Shown here: positions 13,994-27,533 of the stretch, piece by piece
Position numbering within the stretch: position 1 is the stretch's first letter
How the letters are laid out: every line of letters begins with the position of its first letter
Source of the DNA: Octopus sinensis
Lineage: Eukaryota
Assembly (NCBI RefSeq): GCF_006345805.1
Contig: NC_043000.1
Coordinates: 54,746,001 to 54,810,000, forward strand
Length of the DNA stretch: 64,000 bases
Direction: 5' to 3'
Position numbers and translations under genes: made by a program
The notes under the pieces: generated by a model
Databases searched by the model: none
The model's input: the letters and a program-made list of their open reading frames with translations, nothing else
Told to the model about the DNA's origin: nothing

Positions 13994-16900
13994 ACTGTGT
14001 GTATATGTATGTTTGTATGTATGCATTTATCTATGTGTGTATGTTGTCAATTTACTTAATGAGAAAAATAAATTACGTTGCTTCTTAATAAGCTGCAGTT
14101 ACTTCAGATGATACAGCAAATGAATTCATGTTTTGGAAGCTTAGTTCCATCATACATTTATCAACTGAATAAATACGTTTAAGGTTTATATTTATATTAA
14201 AGTAAAATATATTTTTACATTACGAAAATAAAGCAAATATTGACGGTTTGGTTCACTTAACCATGTTTTTATATTTTCTGTAAACTGAATGTATTTAACT
14301 TTCATTTTGACTGTTGACTAACTCATTCAATATTCTATATAGTTAACCAGTATTTACAAGGAAAAATGTCTCTAGATAATATATATGTAAGCTTACAATT
14401 TTTTCTTTATTCAATTATTCTACACATATTAAATTGTGTTGCTCTAAACCTAGTTTATCGAGTAGTTTGCGGGATTCTTGCTTTGAATATTCATTTTGAC
14501 GTATTTTAAATAACGAATATATGATACGCTCTTAAAACCTAGAAACTTCTAAAAATCTAGCTGCTAACTTACTATAGTGGTAACGTAAAAGAAGAAGTAT
14601 AATTTGAATTGTGTGATATTTTAATAAGGTATGGATGTCAGGCTGTTTATAATCTTGCTCTCAATGCCATGTGTATAATTTGGAAAATTCAATGTTTTTA
14701 ATCATTTCCGCTGTTGAATGTCGCACTTTATGATCCATGACATTAATTACTTTCCAGAAATGTATACTGCGCTCCAGCAAAATGCGTATTATTCAAAAAA
14801 CATTATATATCATGTTGTTGTATGAAACTCAAACTAAGTCATTTGTAAGTGTTACAAGATTTCACATAAAAGATGAATTTTCACGATTTTTTAAAATAGT
14901 TCCACATTTACATATATAGTACTCCGTGAGATTTCGGGAACCGCCTTAATATTAAACAATTATAACAAATGAAACGCATTTAAATACGTCGAGTACATTC
15001 TTTGTCTTTTGGCTTAAACGTAACATACGTTATAAAATAATTATGAATTGTGTCAGATTAAAATGTATGAGATTCAAATAGTTATTATTGAGTATATACG
15101 AAGGGAAAGTTGTTATCAAATTTAAGAGTTACAGTAAAATAAATGCAGCTTTTGCAAAACAAAACTATATCAGCAAACAATGTAGAATTAGGGTTTTAGT
15201 TCTGAATGAATGCCGGCTGTTGAGGGATATATTCCCAACACTGAGAGACATCAACTTTAGATTTTATGATTATATTGTAAAACACTGATAATGTTCACGT
15301 AAATGATACTTTAATGCTTTGAGAGCCTTTTAATCGAGAGCGTTTTAAAAATCAATACTGTGTTGCTTGCATTCTATAATGGTATCTCTGAAGAGCGCAT
15401 CGTGTTATGGATATAAGACAGCATTGTTTCGAGTATATTTGAAAAAATCACATGCATGTTTCAAAATATATTATATGATTTATGTTGATGATAGTGAAAC
15501 AAGCTGCGAATAAAGTCATATGATATAAAATGATGTTTGCGGGAATATATGTTTCATTGTCTTCATGTAAAATACTTAGAAAGCCTCAAATCAATAATCA
15601 TCACATACAAGCAGTTTATAATGTAATATATGCCTGTATGCATACGATTCGAAAAGTGCTGTATTTAAAGCAATCTACATAGCCAATACAAATGATTCTA
15701 AGTGAATTTACTATTCCATAAAAATCAGTCCTATCTTTCGGGAAACAAATACCCCAGAAAGATGCATTAGAATCTTTAGCATTGGATATACGTAACACAA
15801 GATGATCATCATTGGAATGTATTTGACTATACATATGACCAAACATAGATGGAGTTGACCAGGGATTGCTCAGTGTAAAATGTTTTTCGTAATAACTAAA
15901 TGCATTTATAAGAAATAGAATTGATGGCCACGTTTAAATTGTTTACAACTACAAGACTGGTGGAAACCCTATATTTTCTAGGAGTATATAATTACATCGT
16001 TGATGCATTATTGCGTTCAGATCCCGATAGGTTTGATTTGGCGTGTCGTTTATTCGGGAATCGACAAAATATGTGTTTATTGAATTAAATAATCATACCC
16101 GCCTAAAAGTGTTTATGACGTTCTGAGAAGCTAAAATCAATATTCAGTATGCATAAGGTAATATGTTGTTATGCCTACTACGATAAGATTCTCAGAAATC
16201 AAAACGGCAGTCTATTTTGTAGTTTCTCCTTAAACTGATGTAATTATTTTCAATTCACTTGGAAGGGTAATGCATATCCCTTAATGCTATATTAGAACCA
16301 AGAAAAGCGTATCTAATCAAAAATAACCTGTAATATTACAATTGGCTATAAACAATATATTCTCAATATTTTGTCGGATTTCGTTAAAAACATAATTCTC
16401 ACAATTGCTCACTGAAAGCTAGAATTAAGTGTAGAAGTAGTGTGGATTATCGACTATATCCATTTCATCCAATTTATTGTGTTTTGCATCAAAGAAACCA
16501 AACTTTCTTATTTAAATATATTAATGGTTAACGATTCAAGTTAAACAAAGTAATATACAAATACAGTATACACACATCCGATCATACTTTCAGATAAATA
16601 GACCAAAATTCATATATAAATAGGTTAATCAGAGAAAAAGGGAGAGATATTCATGAAGTTTAAATAATACACAAAATGGCATGACAAATTGTCAACGCAT
16701 ACCATCTTCACGATACTTTGTTATCTGTTCTAAAGTTAGTTTTCAATATTAAAAGCCATTTACATGAGGGAAATTTTGAGATCTATATTTTGAATTGCAG
16801 TAAATCATAAAATATATTGAATTTGATTAAGTAGGCATGAGAACTGCATGTATATAAATCAATGCAAATAGATCTATGTTTGTATACGAGTATGTGTTTA

Positions 16901-18439
16901 CGTATGTATTTAAATATGGATGTATATATATGTGTGTGCATGCATGCGATTGTGAGTATGTGCACGTGTGTGTGCGCACGCGTATGTGTGTTTCAAAGTT
17001 GAACATAAATTGTGAAAATTAGAAATTAGAAAGAAAACTACATGCAGAAGTTATTCCAGTGCAATAAGTTTCGATGGAATGCTTAAAAATAACTTTAAAT
17101 CACAATCGTTAAAACGTTTATGTGAATTATTAAAAAAATAGTTAGCGTTGGAGTAAGGCTATAGAGATAGTGTGATTATGATAAGTGATAGAGAAAGCAC
17201 CTCTAACATGCAGGAATGTGCATTAAATTATGTAATTACTTAGACTCCTCGTAAATATTTAGTTTAGTATATACAAGGGATATATTTCTATAAGGGAGAT
17301 AATTGGGAAACATATCAACGAGGAAAATATTGTAAAAGCAAAATGTATAACAAATATCATTTGATTCTTACCATCAACAAAACTTTACCCAATTGGTTTT
17401 GGTTTTATTATTGAGTAGTGATGCTCGTACTTGGCTTAAACATGCTGAAGAGTTTGTGGGAAAGTTCATCTAAAGAGAATGAACATAATTTGAAGATTGA
17501 TAAATTTCAACTCGTGTATGCATTTATTAAACTTTGCGATATAAAGTAATAAAGATTTTACCAAAGAATTCTCTGCTTGGGAGACGAACTCAACCTTTCT
17601 TCATAATATCTAAAAGATTAGATATTTCAATTTGAAATTAAGGAGTTATAAAGAAAATGATGTTCAGAATTCACATTTTAATTTTTTACGTTATTTTATT
17701 TATTTTTATATTTATTTATCAGTTATCGTATGTTTTATTTTACTTATTTATTACTCCGTGCCTATTTATTTATTAGTTTTATATTTATGTTTTCTATTTT
17801 TTAATAATATTTTAAAGTTCTTAAAATTTCAATTAAGTAGCAATTATGTACATCGCTATTTCGTGTTTCTCAAACATCATCAGCATGTGATATATAAATA
17901 CAATGTTTTAAGCAGCAAAAGCAATTCATTATAAATGAAGGTAATTACAGTCTAGAGCAAAATTCATAGAAGATCTGCCTTTCTTTTTTGTTCTGCTCGG
18001 AATGTTAGTAGTTTAGCTCCAGACAGAAAAAAAGAAAGATCTTAGTGATTGATTATAAGATTACCACTCTCAGGGAGATCTTGCTTGTGGAAAGGTTTCA
18101 CAAGAGCCAATATATTTCCCAATCTACTTTTTAGCTATACATATTGGTTTTAAGCTTTTAATGGATAGGTATAATCCCTTGTTTTGTAGCCAAAGATGCA
18201 TCTTGTGAAAACCAAACCACCCCGACGATCGTTAACTGTATGTAATATACATATGTCTATCTTAATATGCATGTGTATATTAACACATATGTACATATAT
18301 TATGCATATATATGAGTGTGTGAATGGGGTGTATGCATATTATATAACCAAAACAGACATAGTAGCAATGGTTGAGATTCTCTGGATGGAAACCAGACTG
18401 AAGGGTTTTTTTTTATTGTGTCACAAGATCGAAACCTAA

Positions 18440-18986
18440 CCAACGGAAACCAGCAAAGGTTATAATGAAGAATGCAAAACTAACAGTAGAATGTGCGGCG
18501 GTGGGGAAAAACAAGAAACCATATTGTCTCTTGCTCCCTGGTTGTGGCTCAGAACGAAAATATCTATAGATAGGATGGGATTGGGACCTACACACACTTG
18601 AAGCTACTAGCCATGTTCTGGGATATACCAGTGCACACAAAGTGAGAGACAGCATGCCAAATGTGTCAGATATTGTCAGGGAAAGCTAGAAAAGATGCGT
18701 TCTAATCGACAAATCAGTCCGAAAAGCTGACAATGTATCTCTAAACATATACAGAGAAACCTTCGAAATACAAAGATTTGGAAAGGTATATAACTCGAAC
18801 ACGAAGCACGAAATTATCCCTATAATAACAGAAATAATCCTGAATAAGTAGACAGAACATATCGACCTAAAGTACTTTCAATATAGTACAAGTGTCAATA
18901 AAAAAACCCATCACTGAAGATACTCACAGCGTACAGAGTTACGATCGTTATTGGACAGAGAGCGTATGATAACAATAAAACTACTG
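18440..18986 (+). mobile_element. Degenerate 3' fragment of an R4/Dong-like RLE LINE
   Basis: Broken frames give SRMCG..ETI, FWDIPVHT, RCVLID.SV...DNVSL, EKPSKYKDLE and IIPII. Ends in AATAAAACTACTG then (AAT)n, the same terminus as the 50321 copy. Confidence 0.8.
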
Positions 18987-21547
18987 AATAATAATGATAA
19001 TGAAAACAACAAAAATAGCAACAAAACAACAACAGTACTAACAATATTATAAAAATAATCAATAATAATAATGATAATAACAACAACAACAGCAAGAAGA
19101 AGAAGAAGAAGAAGAAGAATGTAATAAGAAAAATGAAGAACGAAACATGGAATACTTCTGTATATTCAAAGTATAGCGGAAATAAATCTTAGTAATGAGT
19201 AAATTTTCTAACTATATTCTGAGAAATGATCACTACCTAGGTAGAGACGTCAAAATGAAAAATTATTTTGAAACGAACGTGTTATGCGTACTACCAGGTT
19301 ATGGCTTAGAAACCTTCAAAATTACCTACAATGTCTTAAATTTCGTTGAACGAAAACATATTTCCAATAATAGTTGAAGACATCACAAGCATTCTGTTGA
19401 TGTAAGTATCAGATATTCCCTGCAGCATATCTTGAGAATTAAGGATGAAGGAACCATGTATGCTGTAATATTGTGGTCAGTTTTTGAAATTCATGTAATA
19501 CATGATGGCGTGTTTTTTTTATTATAACTACAGGTTAACAATATTCTCATTTTATAGTTGGAATTTCTTTGAAATTCGTTCTAAGTTATAGAAATCATTT
19601 GAAGTGATTTGAACGTTCTTTGAATATTCTGATATCTTTTTCGTAAGTGGCAATTTTGTGTCAAAGGCTTTTTGTAAGCAAGGAGATGTTAAAGATATTT
19701 CTTTTATAAATGGTAGACTTTTCGGTTAACCGGAACCATTACACAATTGAAAAAGAAAAGTATTTGAATATATTTCTTCCATTGATTTTTGTAACCTTTT
19801 GAGTACTGATAATTTGTTACCGTTATTCACTTCATATTTATATATATTCTCCATTTTCTTTCACACGCCTTCATTATTCTTCGCTTTTGTCTTTTTCCTC
19901 AATTTTCTTTTTTCTTTTATTTTTCTTCTCTAAATATTGTTTCATTATTTGTTCTTCTTAACATTTGTATAAGAACATGAGTACACATCATTCCAATATT
20001 TCTCTTGTTTTTGTATACTTATATACATTAATTTTCTCTCGTTCCCCACTATTATCTTCTTCCATCTAATCTTCTTTTACGCTTGTTATCATACACATAC
20101 ACCCGCGCACCCGCACACCTCCCCCATATATATATATATATATATATTGTATATTTTACTATTTCTATCGTTTTTATATTTCACTTCCTCTTAAATATAT
20201 ACATGTTTCTTGCCGGCAACCAAATTTATCTTGTCTTCATACAAGTATGCATTATTATACAACGCCTGTAGACAAAAGTATAGTGTGTCATGCTATATTC
20301 AAACGTTTCCTTCTGTTTTCCTTTCATATTGTTCGTTCTATTGTTCTGTAACTTTACTTCTCTTTATCCATTTCTTTCTTTTTTCTATTCAACCTTTATA
20401 CATCTATATTAACTTTCTGCCATTTATTTAACTTCTCAATTTATCTGTAGGTGTTTATTCACCTGTGCTTCTCTTAACAAATTTGTCTCGTTGTTTTACA
20501 ATATTTTTGTTATCGAAGACTGACATCAATATTATTAAATCTTGAATTTGTAAAAACCTTTAAATATTATAATCATAGTATTGATGAGCCAAGTTTGACC
20601 AACTCTTTCTATATGCTGTTTTATAAGTAATGATATAAATTTATTCACTTCTAGTTATCCTTTAGGCGTCCATTTTAAATTTACGCCATTTCCTTTGTGC
20701 AAGTTTTTATATATCTCAACTCCTCCTAAGTTGTTTGCTTTACAGTAATTTTACTTAACGATAAATTCTTGAAATCTCTCAGTATGTTAACATGCTGAAT
20801 TTGTGAGACGTTTGAATATAGTAATTTTAGAATCCATCAGACTAGTTGAACCAAAGGGAACACAGTCGGGTCTTTCCGAAGTGACAGTGTAAAATCTAGA
20901 TTTTGTTAATTTTGTGTGTGTGCGCGCGCTAGTTAATCACATACATTTATTAAACATATACCTGTTAGCTTTGGAGTGTACACTTTCTTCAAAATGCATT
21001 TTCTCAAATGTTTTACCATGATTACCCTTTCTATGCCAGAATAGGCTTCATAAATTTAAGCTGAATATTGCAGTTATAATATTATATTCTCAAACAGCTA
21101 ATACACTCAATACATAAAATTACGAATTATATTACATATTATACATTTGTAGATCGGGGTTTATATAACCATTATTAAGCATAAGTTCATGCAGTTTGAA
21201 AGGAAAAAAAGCAGGTAAATTTACAGTACTTCAATATGAAATATAACCTATGATTGCAATAAATATGGCCATTTATTGTTAAATATATATTTCGTGCTTA
21301 GTAAGGAAAACGTATCTTTCCATGCTCTCGTGTCAGCTATTATAATGCGAGTAAAATTTGGAAGCCTTAAATTATGCTAAAGCTTGGATGCATTAATCAA
21401 TGTGGTTAAAGGGTCTTCCGAACTGAACTGGTGTACTTACATCTTTTTGTCTAAAGCGAGTATTCTTTCTCAATCACTACAGTAAATGACCGTCCTACTT
21501 GTTCGAGTATGTCTTAGATTCATTGGAACTTGTAACATATTTATATT

Positions 21548-21710
21548 AACTTACATCGATGCCAGTGTTCAACTGCTACTTATTCTATCAAGTCCGAAAT
21601 TATGAAAGGTAAAGTCAGCCTCGGCTGAATTTGAACCCAAGACGTAAACATGGAAGAAATACTTCTTAGAATTTTGACCGGTGTGTTAACGATTCTGCCA
21701 GCTCGCCGCC
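21548..21710 (-). mobile_element. SINE family 1, diverged copy
   Basis: GAAAGGTAAAGTCAGCCTCGG...ACGATTCTGCCAGCTCGCCGCCT is the reverse complement of the family head. Confidence 0.85.
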
Positions 21711-23129
21711 TGAAGCTGAGAATATCAATATTTTTCGTCTATAACTTTGTAAAAAAGGTATTTCACTAAATCGAAGCTAATTTGATCTGTGTGCGATTTT
21801 ACTAAGAGATTAGTATGAACCTATGCTTATCTAGTTTATGTTGCTTATACTGAAACGTCGGAAAGGGGGAAAATATTAGTTATATTTGTAACTACAGGAG
21901 AAAAAATAGAGCTGTTAGGCGAAAGGAAGCGCTGTACAAATGAAATTATTCAATATTGCAACGGTCCTGCTTTCAGGTTTTGTGTTGCAAGTGTGATAGA
22001 GATTGCTTTGTCTACATGATAATGTCTAAACAAAAAGTGATAATACAGAATTGAAGATTCTATGTCAGCTTTAATTGAGCATCAACAAAATGGTGTTTTC
22101 AATATTCTAATAACCAGCTTACGTAAGAAACATATTGTTAATTTTCCTGACAAACAGCAGTTTGTTCATTGTCAGTAATATTCCTTGATATAAGATGATT
22201 TTGTTTTTATTTTTGCATTTTATGAATTACCTTATATGTCATTTATATGAGATACCGATTCTGATTCCCACAAACAATGCCTATCTTTTCTTTATAAAAA
22301 TAATATTCACAAGAACTTATTCTTTCCGTCTATTTCTACTATAAATTGGTATAACTCTTTCCATTTATGGAAAAAGTCACCTACGCAATATCCACTAGAC
22401 TGGTTTTACGCATACGTATAAATGGTTATTTATAAAGCATAATTCTTTTTAGGCTTACTTCTTGTTTTATCTCTATGGCCTATATTATTATATTATGCAA
22501 ACAAATTCTTCCCGTGAACCGTCTGCCTTCTGATGACACGATGTTAATGCAAGAAACAGTTTGGTGGAAGCGAAATTTGAATCGAAATACATATATATTA
22601 ATGCTAAATTAATTGCTGTCCTATTCAACAATGGAGCTCCCGATTATCTGATGAAGTAATACACGGATATAAATACATGTATATGTATGAATTTGTAAAC
22701 GTGTATATGAACATATAAGTATGTGTGTGTTAGCTTTGTGGATATGTGTGTGTTTGTGTATGTGTACCCTGGGTAAGACTTTAAAGTGGATCTGGTAGTA
22801 GGGCTCTCGTTCGAGAGTTCTAGGGCTCGGTGCATTGTGGAAGCACCAGTTTGCTACTCTGACTCGGATTCGTAGCAGCCGTCTGGGTCCCAGCAGTGGG
22901 TAAACTTGCATATGTAATGGCATAACAGCTGGGCGTAGCGACGCAGAAATACCCTTGGTTCATATCTTTAGCTGTTATCGTATCCTCGTAGGAAACACTG
23001 GCGTAAAACCTGCGGTTTCCCGTGATTGCTAGTCATCTTTCTTCGGCCGGAAAATACGTACTAGACATCGAGGATCGAAGAACGGTAACGGTGTGCTACA
23101 AGTGTTTATCACTGTATTTCAGTGATGTA

Positions 23130-23350
23130 CTGATATCTTTCTATGGAGATCCTATTTGTCATTTAATCTACTGAAAGACCCATAGTGCTTGAAAAGGGTA
23201 AAGTGTACACGCTTGTTCACTTGGAAGCACAGAGTAGGTTACGATTTTGATCTCTCACCTATGCCCCAAATCATGCAGGTCTGCAAAGGGACTGGGTAGT
23301 CATCGGAGAGATTGTTGGTGGAATCATAAATATGATTAACAACGAAGATG
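23130..23350 (+). pseudogene. Possible decayed L1/Tx1-like APE endonuclease remnant
   Basis: One frame reads GKVYTLVHLE..RLRF*SLTYAPN..LQRDWVVIGE, which resembles APE YAPN and GD motifs. Weak. Confidence 0.3.
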
Positions 23351-23550
23351 GAGCAATTACCATGTCTCTGTATGCATATATATAAATATATATATATATA
23401 TATATTCATATATGTATGTAAATATGTATGTTGTATGAATGTATGTATGTATGTAGGTATGTATGCATGTATGTATGTATGTATATATATATACATATAT
23501 AAATTTTTCAACTAACACAAACACACACATACATGCATGTATGCATACAT

Positions 23551-23608
<58 letters not shown>

Positions 23609-24154
23609 TTATAATAAGAGTAGCTCGTATACGAGTGGGTATATATTTGTAAAAATGAAGTTTTAAAATGCCGCTATATTAGATAAATTTTAATTTTAAT
23701 ATGTTTCGGTTCTTGAAATAACAAACCTTATGAAAAAAACTTTTTTATATAATAAAGAGAGTCCATGCTATATGTTTAAAGAGTATGATGGAACGGTTCA
23801 TAATTGTGACATACATTCAATAGAGTCAAATATAAAAAATCCATGTTCTTGAAATGGCGAGGAGTTCATTATAGATTTTACCTTGTGTTCCAATGGGAGC
23901 AACAGTAATGATTCTTGGTCGGCGTCTGCTGGCGTAACTTTGGTAAATTTTGTGATTGTTGGATTTATATCAGCTAAGCTGGTCTCTGGCACTGTTCAAT
24001 GACGTCATATAGTTCCAAACCAATCAAAACCCAGCCTCAACGAATATAGGGAAAAGACCCCTAACTGTATCCTGTTAGGAAACCAACCAAGCGGAACGAC
24101 AAGTTTGACCACGGAGGAAAAACGTCATCAATTTTTTGACGAATCGAAAATAGA

Positions 24155-24345
24155 TCTGACCCATATATACAGTGAGAATTTACAAAAGACAAAGACGAAG
24201 ACGGCTGTGTAAACAATAAACAGATGTATTAGTTTAAGGTTCGGGAAGTGAGACGGTCATTTACGTTTCGAGCCTACGCTCTTCAACAGAAATGATCACA
24301 GAAATAAACAGGGAGAGAAAATAAAAAAAGGTTTAGGGCTTCCGT
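24155..24345 (-). mobile_element. Short repeat resembling a Penelope-type terminal repeat, with a degenerate minimal hammerhead
   Basis: Minus strand reads CTGTTGA-A-GAGC-GTAG-GCTC-GAAA-C-GTA at about 24256-24298. Confidence 0.5.
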
Positions 24346-25289
24346 TAAATTAAGTATTCAAATTGAGGCACCTTGCTAGGTCGGTATAATACGCACACCC
24401 AAACAATATTGAATCAAGACTCCGTGCAGAGACGTTTCTAATTGATATTCATTGCCGTGTGTGAAGATATGTGTGCGTGTGTATGTGTATGTTCCTCGTA
24501 TCCTACAGATATAGATACATATATCTGTACAATATGAGACATACACACACACACACACATATATATATATACACATATGCGTGTGTCGACAATCCACCTT
24601 ATCACGAGTTGATCTTAGGGTGCCTGACCGTATACACCCATAAACACACACATATTTCTAATTATAACCACACACATGTACCTGCCCATTCACGCCTACG
24701 ATCCCCATTCGCTGAAACTGGTATCTCCTATACCCAACTCGTTATTCTCACATCTTACGTCATACATACACTCACGCACTTCTCAACTTGCCTTTTACTT
24801 GACAAGTGTATATGAGTAACGTTCCATATATAAGCTTCCATAGATAAAGTGGTGCGCTGTAGTGTAGTTATGCGTACAGTGCTTATGTGTTTTCAATGTA
24901 TGCGTGTGTGTGACTGTGTGTATACATACTTACGTAATTTATCACTACTATGATTCGTTGGAATCAAAGTATTTTAATATTCAGAACACCAGGAAAGGAA
25001 CGAATTTAGTACGTGCGTATATGTACCACATACATGTATAACTCCATATATACAAAGACATAGCAGTATATAGCTGCGCCAACCAATCTTAGTTCTAGAT
25101 ACAACATATGAAGGTTCCAGCTGTGGATACAAATTTGGTTTAAAGGCTCACTACAGTTGTTTCAAATTCATTCTGGTCCTAACTACTCATCAATCAGGAA
25201 TGCTTTTAAAACAGCTGTAGTGAACCTTTAAATCATTTTGTGTTCTTAGATATATATAAGCATACGTGGCTGCAGTGTCTTCAATGGTC

Positions 25290-25610
25290 GCATGCTAAAA
25301 GATAGTATTCTTATGATTACAGATGCAAGGTGTCTATAGTTGTAATTCCTTCGAGGTTTTAAATAGTATTATGAGCACAGTGCTCTTCCGATTGGAAGTG
25401 TATAGGGGTGGATCGAGAATTTTGAAATTAGCTGGAGATGCGTGAAGCACGAAGAGATAGCAGCAGAGCCATCAACCTCATCGACTGACGGGATGATTCA
25501 AGAAGCCCCAGAAATGGTTTCAGCGCGCCGACGAGTGACCAGGCATGTTCTCTGCAAATTAGCCATGGTTCTGCATAGCTTGTCGGAAGAATTGTTCAAC
25601 CACTACTTCA
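25290..25610 (+). pseudogene. Mariner-like transposase N-terminal (HTH) remnant
   Basis: YEHSALPIGSV*GWIENF...EPSTSSTDGMIQEAPEMVSARRRVT matches mariner SVYEWIEKFK...GRPSTS...EMV..NRRVT. Confidence 0.7.
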
Positions 25611-25761
25611 GTTTTAATAAATTACAGATACAAAAGAGTGTATAATTTTTGGCAAACATGAGTGTGTACAAATTAAAACATATAGAGACACTTGCACATA
25701 CGTTACTACAAAGAACAATTTTGGTGATGATGATGATGATCATCATGATCATGATGATTCT

Positions 25762-25970
25762 TTATTTTGGCTCAAAGCCAGCATTCCTAAGAGTAAGCGG
25801 CAAGTCGATTACATTGAAACCAGTGCTCGACTGGCCCTCTTTTATATTCCGTTCCCGAAGGGATGAAAGGCAAAGTCGATACCAACGTAACTCGAAGCCA
25901 GAAAATAGAGACGGATGAAATGAACTAAGCATTTTGTCCGGCGTGATAATGAGTCTGTCAGTATACTCCT
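25762..25970 (-). mobile_element. SINE family 1, diverged copy
   Basis: AAGTCGATTACATTGAAACCAGT...GGATGAAAGGCAAAGTCGA. Confidence 0.75.
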
Positions 25971-25984
25971 TTAATAAAAATGCT

Positions 25985-25987
25985 ACT

Positions 25988-26040
<53 letters not shown>

Positions 26041-26053
26041 AATAATAATAATG

Positions 26054-26116
<63 letters not shown>

Positions 26117-26347
26117 TTAATAATAATAATTAGAAGAAGAAGAAGAAGAAGAAGAAGAAGACCACAAGCCAGCAAATTCAGGAAAATGATAAGTCGATTA
26201 CATCGAAGGATTAGTTCAGCTGGTACTCCTTTTATAGAGGCCGACAAGTTGGAACACGAGAACTCAGAACGTAGATTGCTACACGAAACACCACTAAACA
26301 GTTTTATCCGTACTATAACTATTCTGCTACGTCGCCGCCTCAATTTG

Positions 26348-26419
<72 letters not shown>

Positions 26420-26482
26420 AATAGTAATAATAATAATAATACTAATACTAATAATAATAATAACAATGATAATAATAATAAC

Positions 26483-26535
<53 letters not shown>
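25985..26535. repeat. (AAT)n, (AAG)n and (ACT)n tracts flanking a diverged minus-strand SINE at about 26140-26340
   Basis: Direct reading; SINE motifs AAGTCGATTACATCGA, GAACTCAGAACGTA and CGCCGCCT. Confidence 0.85.
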
Positions 26536-26537
<2 letters not shown>

Positions 26538-27406
26538 CACGAATATGGAAGAATTTTTTTTTTTTATATCAGCGTATTTATTGAAAAGTTATTCGAAAGA
26601 TACATACTTGCTGGCTACAGAAAATCATGAAATGCATTTATTGGAATATATACTTACACAGAGACATGAATTAATTTTCCTCATTTCACATGGCATGTCT
26701 AAGAGTTTATTCTAAAATTATATAAATACCCTTGAATGATTATATATCTTGACAAAACCCGAATCAGCCCACTAAGGTAAATACTACTTTCTGAAATTTT
26801 AAGCCAAATGGCGCCAGCAAGGAAAGGATCATAATAAGATTTCTCCAATTAATGTCTCATGTTACATAATTGTAAGTGAGAGAAAGTATTCTGCAGATAA
26901 AACTTTTTCCCGTGTTGTATCTCTCTTTTACAAATATGTTATTCTCTCTATTTATTGAAAACTGGAATATGGAATATGGAATATTAAAATTGGAATAATA
27001 ACACTCTGAAGCACACACTGAAGTATATATACACACTCGTGAGCACACACAGAACACACAATTATCTTATATACGTATAATACAACATACACGTATGTGT
27101 GTGTGTGTAGATCTGTACATAACAATTGATATGTATATTAAGTATATACATGTGGGAGTATGTGTGCATATATGAATGTATGTTTATGTGTGCAGATGAA
27201 AACAAAAAAAAGCAAACATAAATATCAAGTCAGTCATATACAATGTCACTTACTAATAAATTCCCCCTCAGTCTTTCACACACACAAACACACACGCACG
27301 CACACACATGTATATATATATAAATTTATCTTCCTATTTGGATTATATATATACATGCATATATACATATAAATATATAATATATATATATATTATATGT
27401 ATATAT

Positions 27407-27478
<72 letters not shown>

Positions 27479-27500
27479 TATCTTTGTCTCCATATTTGGG

Positions 27501-27533
<33 letters not shown>

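Noticed and set aside
19380-19420. GAT|GTAAGT splice-donor-like site after ORF 19195-19377
   Set aside because: No acceptor context or protein similarity to support an exon.
22520-22575. CTGATGA...GAAAC hammerhead-like core
   Set aside because: Neither stem I nor stem II can form.
25762-26584. Long poly-L/I/N ORFs (258 aa and 216 aa)
   Set aside because: Triplet repeats plus a SINE; they are open only because the repeats lack stops in these frames.
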